From positions 12,216,001-12,280,000 of the forward strand of contig OZ076409.1 in the NCBI GenBank assembly GCA_964187785.1: DNA of 64,000 nucleotides. The letters are read 5' to 3'. This DNA comes from Amphiscolops sp. MND2022. Its lineage: Eukaryota. This document shows positions 38,610 through 48,211 of the stretch, one piece after another. Numbering within the stretch: position 1 is the first letter of the stretch; each line of letters begins with the position of its first letter. The notes below the pieces were generated by a model, which searched no databases, was not told where the DNA came from, and saw nothing but the letters and a program-made list of their open reading frames with translations. Position numbers and translations under genes: made by a program.

Positions 38610-39379
38610 CTGTGGCAAAAATTCAATGGAATGATTGTGTGAATCTTACAGCAGTTACCCATAATACAAAAAATAATTGCATTATAACGTCAATCAAACT
38701 TTGGAACATACTTTTGTATCGGGTTCTCTATTTTTTCGAATAATCGATTCATCAGCACTTCAGCGCTGTTTCAACACGATTCAAACTTTTTATCAAACAA
38801 AAACAATATCTTTGCGTCCTCTGTCTAAGGGGCTGTAGGTCTACTCGCTGTCAACCAGACATGGAGTCTTCGATTAGCGCTGTTGTCCACGAGGGAGGGC
38901 TGTCATGAACTTTGACAATCCTTCGGGTGCGAATAACCTTAGAATCAACACCTTTTTTTTGTTTTCTTTGGACATTCAATAAAATTGAGATACGATGACC
39001 TATTTTATAAATCATCCTCCACTTGCCGATGTTTTCAGAATTTGTTTTTATGGGACCGTTACTGACACTGTAAGGAGGCTCTGCAGCTTGCAGCGTTTTG
39101 ACACCTGTTCTTCTTTGCTTTTTCTTTCAATTTTTCTTTTCGGACACGCCCCCTCTGTACTATGGGCACAAACAAGCTTTTAAAAACTAACTTGTGGTTT
39201 CAATACGCGCGGTCCTTTTAGTTTTTTATTAATAGAAAGAAAAGAAACAAAAACAATATCTTTTCTCTTAATGTTCTTTTAAGAGTCAGGTTTCGTTATC
39301 GAACTTTCTTTAAAGATATGTATTTAGACCTCAGGTCAATCAACCGAAGAAATGCACATTTTGTATGAAACACACGTAC

Positions 39380-39671
39380 TTACTGAAGAAGGATCCAAAA
39401 CAATCAGCTTTTTCTTTTCACCAGCGTCCTGGACAGGTTTAAAATTGGCAACTTTGATGAAATGCTTCTTCAAAGTTCGTGAAGCTTCGCTACAAAGCGC
39501 TGAAGGTATGAATATACATGGATAAGTGAGAGTCTGTTCGAAATTTCCTTTTCTCAATTGAGCCATACCACAAAGACTGGCGAGTTTTTTGTACAAGGGT
39601 GGCAAAAAGCCATCAACTGTGGAAGCCATGTTAGCCACGAATACTTTGGCGAACGTTTTCACACTACACAT
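39380..39671 (-). CDS. TRMT5: Trm5 first coding exon
   Basis: N-terminal region ending KKLIVLDP; donor A|GTACGT gives phase 1 and joins exon 2 in frame (~434 aa); start could be the ATG at 39629. Confidence 0.7.
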
Positions 39672-39838
39672 ACAAAAACAAAGCCTGAAAAAGAATTAGC
39701 AAAATGATTTCACCCTCTAACGCTCTCTTTATCGTGAAAGGTATCGAAAAAAAATCATAAAAAATCATCGTAAAAAGCGGTGATGTAGGCTATAGAAAGT
39801 GATAATTAGGATGATAAAAGTGTTTCTCGAAAAATTCG

Positions 39839-40382
39839 ATAAGAAGTCTAAATTTCTAATCAACTCATGACGTAATAAGACAGATGTAAAAACACATGTT
39901 CCAGAGCCGCAAAGGATTTGAAATCAGTTGATCATTGAAGAGCAGAGATGTTCAAGATTATTATGTTCTTCCCATATACGCCAAAGGGCCTCAAAAAACC
40001 ACGAATTCCAAAAAAAACACATAAGAAGTCTAAATTTCTAATCAACTCATGACGTAATAAGACAGATGTAAAAACACATGTTCCAGAGCCGCAAAGGATT
40101 TGAAATCAGTTGATCATTGAAGAGCAGAGATGTTCAAGATTATTATGTTCTTCCCATATACGCCAAAGGGCCTCAAAAAACCACGAATTCCAAAAAAAAA
40201 ACACATAAGAAGTCTAAATTTCTAATCAACTCATGACGTAATAAGACAGATGTAAAAACACATGTTCCAGAGCCGCAAAGGATTTGAAATCAGTTGATCA
40301 TTGAAGAGCAGAGATGTTCAAGATTATTATGTTCTTCCCATATACGCCAAAGGGCCTCAAAAAACCACGAATTCCAAAAAAA
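39839..40382. repeat. Tandem triplication of a ~182-184 bp unit
   Basis: Units start at 39839, 40021 and 40205; identical by eye except for the poly-A length. Confidence 0.95.
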
Positions 40383-42579
40383 TTGACTCCATATTAAATT
40401 TTCGAAAAATAAATAGCAAGAGGCCAACCCCTTTCTAGAAAAAAAACAAAAACTGATGATCTTCCATATTAAATTTTCGAAAAAAATAGCAAGAGGCCAA
40501 AACTCAAAGGTAAAATGCTTTGGGTTCAAAACAGCGATTTCGGGACTGAAAACATTTTGTCACAACTTGAATCTCGAGCAACGTAAGACTAAGATTTAAT
40601 TCAAAGACTGAATTAGGGCTGATTGAATGTTTTGCAATCGACGGACTTGATCAAATGAGACATTCAGAAAGAAACAAGACGCCCGCTATGCACCGGGACA
40701 TTTTCCGCCTTCAATTGAAAGCGGAAATCGATAACTTACCGCCGCCTTGGTAAAACGCAATTTACTTCTGATAAAACGTCCAAATTCGGATATAGCGCAA
40801 TTTTTTCGAACCTCCGCTTCCTCCGTAGAAAAACACAATTAACTTCGGATATAACGACAAAAGTTCGGATATAGCGTGCTGGGACGAATGGGAACGCTTG
40901 TTTTCGAACCTCTGCCTCCTCCTCAGTAAAACGCAATATTAAATTTAAAATGGAGTAAAACATGGAGTTTTGGCAGAAAAAAAACCAACACAGATCATGA
41001 TTTTCCTCCGCCTACACAATAAATTGTGGGGCGGAAAATAACAATGACACAGAGGCGAAGCCGTGCTTCGCAAACACTTGCGAAGAAAGTTGCGAACTTT
41101 TGAAGAAACCCAAATAAGCAATATCATGCGGAGAGCTAAGGGTAAAAGGACATTGTTAAAATTTCATCAATTTTACAGCGCCAAAAAATCCCAAAGGGAT
41201 ACCCATAAATCTCGAAAACAATTCTTCTCAAACTGGAAACAACAGAAAACCCATCTTTCTCAACCGTAAACCTTTAACAAAAAACATTTCGAAATTTTTT
41301 TGATGAAGGTCTCGGGCAAGTCGCATAGTGCCGAAAACCTTGAGCAGTGCTTTATGCTCGCAAAACGTTTCGTTTCTAGTAAAAATTGAGGGGGCTTCGA
41401 TGAAAACAAATTAGAAAAAAAGTCGCATAGAAAAAACAGCGGTCTTTAAAAAAACAAAAATCGGATATAGCGTGCTGGGCCTGCGAAAACCAAATTTTAA
41501 GACAAAAATTATTCGATTTCAAAAATCTCACAATGCCAGAAACTGTAAAAGGGGGGCACTTTCAGATTTTTTTAACATCCATTCTGTTGCAAAATTTCAA
41601 AAAATTGAAGCGAGACTTGAAAAATTTTGCAAAAAAAAACAAAAAATGAGAATTTCCAACAGTCTCATAGTGCTGAAAAATCTGAAAGAAGGGACCATTT
41701 GGGATTTTTTTACATTCGTTCTGTTGCAAAATACCAAAAAAATGAAGGGAGGAATCTTTGGGTGACATGAAAAAAAAATTGCGAAAAAAAGTCACAAAGC
41801 CGAACATGCACAAAAAATTTTGGTCAAGGGCGAGACTCGAACCCAAGTCCTTCCGCTTGGCAGACCTCAAATAATCCTAATTAACCTCTATGCCAAGTGC
41901 CAGAAGTTGCGACAAGTGCTGGAAGTTGGCTAACTGCCAGAAGTTGCCACGGCCACAAATTCAGACTATGCGACTTGCGGTCTGAAACGAGAGAGTTGTC
42001 GAGCGGAAAAAAAAGCACCCGCACTTTCCCATAACACTTGCTTATCGCAAGTGTAAAGACAACAAATCAATCAAACAAAGATCTGAATCACAATTATCAA
42101 ACTCAGCAACATAAGAGAAAAGTTCCAAAACTTAGTCGCATAATAGAAAGCTCCCCAGATCCGCTGTTGAAAATGTCAATGACATTACACTTCCATCCTT
42201 TAAAAACTTCCCCTGTGGTTGAAAACGTTGACCTTCAGACTCCCAACGCCAATAGTCCCTTCGAGAAGTCTGATTTAATTGCGCATCAGTTGCTTCAACT
42301 GTTTCGAGGGTTTACGAGGTCTTCGAGACGATCTTGCAGTTTGCATCAAACCCGTCTGATTTGGTCTCTTTGTGCTACCAAGCACCGTCGATGTTTCAAG
42401 TCAAATACAAACACTTTCTGAAGTTTCCAGTAACGGCGTAATTTCTGTTGTTAGGTTTATATTAGCGAATCCGTCAGTTCGATTCAGCGCCACGATGGGC
42501 GACCCCAATAAATTGGCATCATGTCACAACTCGAGCAGAGGAGTTTCCCCCTCAGATATCAGTCCGAGTTAATTCATAA

Positions 42580-43410
42580 TTCAAAAAATATATAACCCGT
42601 TCAAGTTTCTGTAGTTGGTTATTGTACAGTCACAATGTGTACGCCATGTACAGGTTGTATGTTCTTGGTAGCTTCGACCTGATACTTCCCAGAGCCAATT
42701 CAGCAGGCGATGTTTCAAGCCCGGAAAGCATCTGTTGTTGACCGAGGGTGGACACAGGTTAGCTAATCTAGCAGTTCGAAACCAGAAAGTTTCGCACCTC
42801 TTGTTCCAGGGTCTTTCGCACTGACAATATTGAAAGGTACAGACTGCGTTGAGTAGTGTTGAGAGTGTCAAAAATGTTCAGTTGAGTCGGCATCATAAAA
42901 ACTGTTCAGGGCTTTAGAGAAGGTGATCAAATCTAAATTGATTTGTATACCAATCTGTCCAGGGAACCACACGTATACAAAAGTATGATCCTTCCATTTT
43001 TAACCTACCCATCTCCCTTAGATCTGATTGTGGAATGCTCGAATCAGTACAGAAAAGACTTTTCCGCTGGATCTATCGTAATCTTGATTATCGGCAAAGA
43101 ATGCTATTGATGTTATCGTTGAATGTTATCATTCCTTGCCGATAATCAAGATTACGAAAGATCCAGCGGAAAAGCCTTTTCTGTACTGATTCGAGCATTC
43201 CACAATCAGATCTAAGGGAGATGGGTAGGTTAAAAATGGAAGGATCATACTTTTGTATACGTGTGGTTCCCTGGACAGATTGGTGGTAATAATAAGTCCA
43301 AGGTCTTCAAGTTCAATTTTTTTCTGAGACTTTATCACTGAAGCATATTTGGGGAGCAGTTGTTCTTCCGAAAGACATAGTAACCAGTGTTGGCTGATTT
43401 GAATCAATTG
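42580..43410 (-). mobile_element. 3' fragment of a CR1/L2-type LINE containing an inverted duplication
   Basis: DLGLIITTNLS, YKSMILPFLTY, FWFRTARLAN post-RT motifs. Confidence 0.6.
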
Positions 43411-43809
43411 AATTGAATCAACAGTAAAAATCCGATATAAATCAAGATTTAAATCAAAGCCTTTTTGTTGATTTATTTCTAGAGTTTATTTCTATTTGTA
43501 TATAATGAAGGAAATTGATATTTTAGATTTTTGAAAATTTTGTAATCGCCTAGGAGGCGAAAAATCAGCAAAGCTGGTTTTCGTTCTGAAAACCCTGAAC
43601 ATGTCCCGATGATTTTGAAGTAATATATTATGCTTTCTGAGTGTATCATCTGAAGTATGAAAGATTGTGTAGTAAAAATGTTTTCAAACTGACACGTGAT
43701 TTTGATTCAAACAAAAAAATCCGATTTAAATAAAAAAATCCAATATTTTTTGATTTTTTAAAATAAAAATCCGATTTTTTCCAACACTGATAGTAACAAA
43801 TCTGTAGTA

Positions 43810-44464
43810 CAGTGGTGTGAAGAAAGAATGCGACTTAGCTTCTCAAAAAGGCTTACTTTGCAGTCTCATATCTCCAGAACTATTCGAAATGGTTCAATTT
43901 GGTAAAAACAAAAGTTTCTTGAATTTTTACCATGAATACAATGATTTTTGCTCGAATTTTCAACCATCATTGTTACCGAAGTTAGAAACATGTGATTTTG
44001 GGAGGAAAAAATTCAAAATTGCTAATTTTTGAGAAAATATCAGTGATCCAATAAATATTTTTCGCCTTGCAGATACACTCAAATCTCTCGAAAACGAAGA
44101 TGAAATTTGATTTTGGATATATTTGGAAAAAGAATATTGGTGAGTTTTACCAAGTGTCAGTGTGAAATTCCTATCTTAATACATGTATTTCCAATTTTAC
44201 TGAACGAAAAAGTGCTCCCATTTTTGTTTTCTTGGCGATTTCCACAAACAAATACTATCATGGGATTGAAAAAAATCATAGAATTTTTTTGGTATAATTT
44301 TCATTTTAAATACTGACGGTAAAATATTGAAATTACTGATTTTTGCGAGCGATCGAGGCTCGTTAAACCAATGAGATTTGAGAAGCGAGGCTTTGTGAAC
44401 CAATCAGATTTGAGAATTCTTTGCATTCTGATCAACTAAGTCGCATTCTTTCTTCACACAACTG
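43810..44464. mobile_element. Tc1/mariner-like MITE
   Basis: TIR CAGT(G/T)GTGTGAAGAAAGAATGCGACTTAG, flanked by TA. Confidence 0.85.
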
Positions 44465-45321
44465 TATAGTAGTATCTGTGTTGAATGAGCTGCGATTATA
44501 CAGTTCACAGGTGTAAAACAAATACGAAACTTGGTTGCATAATAAGTTCCACAGACTCACTGTTAAAAATGTCAACCACAATACTCATTTTTTTAAAAAA
44601 AAGTGAACCACCAGTGAAAAAGGTAAAATGTACAGAGTTGGAAAAAAATGTGGAAACAAGTCGCACATTGTCGAAAACCCCTAAATGGCCCTCTAAACTC
44701 GCAAAACGCTTCGTTTCTACTAAAAATCAAGAGCCATTCGGTCAAACCTTTTCAGACAAAAAGTGTCTTTCAAAGGTTCTCTTTGAAAAAAATTCAAAGG
44801 ATTTCCTCTACATTTCGGAGCATAAAAAATGGACTACAACCCACATACACGGAAAGCCACTCACCACGGTGAAAAATCCGCATTAACCGCTGCAAAATGG
44901 AAAGTAATTTCCACCAACACTTCTAATATCTTTGGCAGAATCTGGAGAGGAAAGGTTACAATGACAAATGTCCTTTTGCAATTGAGTGCAAACTGGACGA
45001 GTAGACAGAAAAGCCAATAGAAATTTTGAACTTTTCATATGGGGAACCTTGACTGTTCATTGGATGTTTGTCCAGTAAGAGTGTCAGAAGATATTGTTCC
45101 AGTTCCTAACTTGACTGCTATGACTCGGGCATAGAGAAAAAACTATATTAATTGAGAATTTATAAATATTCTACCAAATCTTATGAAAGTGGTTAATAAA
45201 TTTCTAACTATTTTCGAGCACATAAATTTTGTAGGAAAGGGATCAAAAATATGGACGAAATATAAATTCACAGCAATGCAATCAATACATACAAAAAATC
45301 AGCAAAAGTACTGAAATTAAA

Positions 45322-46500
45322 TTATAAGTCTAAATTTGATCCTATTCGATCCGTGAATGCAGATAGATTATCAAGCACGGACATATCACCTTCTACTGTT
45401 ACTCTACCTCGAAGATACAGGCTCGTCCCAGACACGTTCCCACGAACAAGATCAATTAGATCTTCCAGGGTAATTGTGACCTTCACATCGCATTCGAAAG
45501 GTTTGAAGGAATCATCTGCTTCTACGAACGAAACGGGTTTCCTTTTGCAATTTAGAAAGTATTCACGTGCCGTTTGAGAACCGTTAGTTTCATTTGGTTG
45601 CAGAACAACGAAATGATATGAACATCCAACTGAGTCCACCAAAGAATCGTCCAATGATTCAAGTATTTTCGCGTGGAATTTCTCGGTCACACTCTGAGGG
45701 CTATGTCCAACAATTTCACCGTAATTGCCTTCAGCCAAAAACGTCGTGGCTGCTGAAACAAGTCCCTGTATGCCACCCATTTGGCTCATTATTGATCCTA
45801 ATTTTTCTTGGACATCTTCCACTGCGGTGGGCGGTTGACTCAACTCAGTAATATGTGATAATTCAACATCGTATATCTCAAGACCCCATTCGAGGACAGC
45901 GTCGCTGAGCTCGCGTTTCAACAGAGCATTTGTATCATTTCGATTGCGCCTCAGTTGCTCCATTGAATATTTGTTGACTCCGTGGTACATTACAGCTTGT
46001 CCTAGAGTACGAATAGTGTGGTTAGGGTCTTGAAGGGACAATGTAGCTGTGACGGGGTCTTTCACGGAATACATTACAGTAGCGCCAACAGATATCGACC
46101 CACCTCCATTCATCGATATAAGCATTGGAGGAATGTGAAATGCTTTGACACGAAGATCGACTTTCGTTATTTTGTCAACGAACGGTAATATAAAAACCAA
46201 ACCAGGACCTTTCATGTTCCGAAATCGGCCCAGTCGAAAAACCAATAAGCGATCTTGATCTTGCACAAGTTTGAAAGCCAAGAGAAAAGACAACGGGGCT
46301 GTCAAAACTACAGCAAGAAAAGCTAGAGCTACTACTACATAGTGAAAAACGATACTAATCAAAGGTTGGGATGGATTTTCTTCGTCCAGATTGTTTACTA
46401 ACGACTGATAGTGGCGATTTGAATTCGGTAACTTCGGAAATTTAAATGACGACTTGTAGGAATGAGCGCTTTCGAACGAGAAAGCAGATGAGTAATCCAT
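45322..46500 (-). CDS. STOML1: Stomatin-like protein 1 (SPFH/band-7 plus C-terminal SCP2 domain; UNC-24-like)
   Basis: Membrane hairpin, VFRLGR..GPGLVFILPFVD..KVDLR, then SCP2-like CDVKVTI...LYLRGRVTVEGD; uninterrupted 392-aa ORF. Confidence 0.92.
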   Translation of the reverse strand: MDYSSAFSFESAHSYKSSFKFPKLPNSNRHYQSLVNNLDEENPSQPLISIVFHYVVVALAFLAVVLTAPLSFLLAFKLVQDQDRLLVFRLGRFRNMKGPGLVFILPFVDKITKVDLRVKAFHIPPMLISMNGGGSISVGATVMYSVKDPVTATLSLQDPNHTIRTLGQAVMYHGVNKYSMEQLRRNRNDTNALLKRELSDAVLEWGLEIYDVELSHITELSQPPTAVEDVQEKLGSIMSQMGGIQGLVSAATTFLAEGNYGEIVGHSPQSVTEKFHAKILESLDDSLVDSVGCSYHFVVLQPNETNGSQTAREYFLNCKRKPVSFVEADDSFKPFECDVKVTITLEDLIDLVRGNVSGTSLYLRGRVTVEGDMSVLDNLSAFTDRIGSNLDL

Positions 46501-46684
46501 CGTAGAAGTGGAAACTGACAGCCAATATAATAATTTACATTGTTCTGAAAAGCAAGCCTTGCAATCAGTTGAGACAAATTAGTTTTTTTATTTATGGATT
46601 TTTTAATTTATGGAAACACGCCCTTTTTAACAACGGGCCCTCTTTTAACAACGGGCTCCTTTCATATTTGTCCCAACATGAAAA

Positions 46685-48211
46685 ATGGTTTTCAGTACGC
46701 ACGGTCCTTTTTTAAAACTAAGAAAAACAAGCCGGGACCGGCCCAAGTCGACGCCATATCTAAGGCTCAAAAATAGCATTTCACTTCAAAATGTGAAAGT
46801 ATTGGTAGTAGTAGGAGAAATCCCGTTCCGGATATAAAAAAAAATTAAGCTCGTAAAATCATGAAAATTTAGCCTTTTTTCAAGGCAAATCATCAAAAAA
46901 TAGCGTTTTTTCAAAACTAAAAAATTAACAAAATAAAAATCAATGAGCAAATTTTTTAAAAATTTTGCCATGAAGCAAAAATTCACTAACCTCTATGGTG
47001 CAATGTGGGTGGGCGGAAATAGGTCGAAGGAACGGGATCGAAAATCAGTTAGTACTCAGGTCGACATACCAAATTTTTGAATGGGATCGAAACAACTCGG
47101 ATCAAAATTTTTAAAACGTAGTCAGATATGTTCACATACCCCTAGTGCCCTGAATGCAGGAGCGAAGCGACGTGCCATATGGCTATGCCTCGATGTTGCT
47201 ACTTGGCGAAGGGAGCGAAGCGACCGAGCCATACAACAAATACGATAAAATTCGACCGCATTCCATTCGATCCCTGCAATTCGATCAAAAGGTTCGACCT
47301 CTGTCCTTTCGACCAGAAAAATTCGACCTATTTACAGCTACCCGTGCAATGTGTATGGTAATGGAGAAAATTTGTGTAGCAAAAATTTTTTGGAATGAAT
47401 TACAGCAACGCTGGCTTAAAAGTGTAACATGCAAAGGCGCTTCGCATGTGCGAATCAATTCATTTTTGCAGTGAAGTGTGCTATGCAGACAAATTGACAT
47501 TTCACACTTGAGAAAGATGAAAGAAACATCAAAGCAAATTTGCCAGAATTCGTGCCAGCCTGGCAAAAATTTTGGCAAAAATATTTTTGCTGGCAAAAAT
47601 TTCGGCAAAAAATTTTCTCAGTGACAAATTTTTGGCTCTTTTTCGCAACCGTCGAAAATGAAATTGTTCTAGTTCTTGTGAATTAAACTTAATGTTGAAA
47701 CATGGGAAAACATAATTTGCTCAATATCTCAACAGGAAATCATTTTTGAGAAAAACAACAGAAACAAAAGTTGTAGATAATTAAAAGTCACACACATTGT
47801 GTAAATGCGGCTTTTCTCTAAAATAAACCCACTAATTACTAGGTCGAAACAGGTGTAAAAATTGGGTTTTTTTCCACTTTAACAAAATTGAAATCGATGA
47901 AAAGAACCTATTGGAAGCAAAACTTAGAAAAAAAATTTCAACAAAATATTTTTCTTAAATGAAATATGCAAAGCCAGCGAACTGTATTTGTCATTCAAAG
48001 AATTTGTTGACAATTTTTGCTACCTTTAACTCACAAATAAAAAATCTTTTTTCACCGATTTTTTGAAAAAGTATAATTGAAAAATTTTTAATAAACTATT
48101 TTTTCTTTAATAAGTAGAAATGGAGTATTGTAGTATTTGTGATTCAAATTTTAAGAAGTCCTTCAAATCAGATCATTTTAAATCAGTAAAACATCTTGAA
48201 AAAATAGGTCA
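46685..48211 (+). repeat. Left inverted arm (TIR) of the Polinton-like element, including a 337-bp MITE insertion
   Basis: Starts ATGGTTTTCAGTACGCACGGTCC; colinear reverse complement of 57518-58705 with scattered mismatches. Confidence 0.85.
47007..47343. mobile_element. MULE-like MITE inserted in the left Polinton arm
   Basis: Exact 9-bp TSD GTGCAATGT; TIR GGGT...AAATAGGTCGAA; empty site present in the right arm near 58378-58386. Confidence 0.9.

Noticed and set aside
37985..38743. 252-aa plus-strand ORF, and similar shadow ORFs over the large PHF14 exons and STOML1
   Set aside because: Antisense shadows of real minus-strand genes, with no recognisable motifs
38860..38950. HDV/R2-like ribozyme suggested by minus-strand CCCTCCCTCGTGG...GCTAAT
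   Set aside because: I could not build the P2, P1.1 or P4 pairings of the nested double pseudoknot
39378..39384. Consensus GTAAGT donor at 39383 for TRMT5 exon 1
   Set aside because: It gives phase 0, incompatible with exon 2; the overlapping GTACGT donor 4 nt downstream restores the frame
39839..40382. Regular repeats as a possible CRISPR array
   Set aside because: Whole units are identical with no unique spacers; eukaryotic context and no cas genes
6843..42421. Many short Phe/Lys-rich ORFs (KGPPF.., KKSHSAEK..)
   Set aside because: They are translations of the non-coding HINE satellite core
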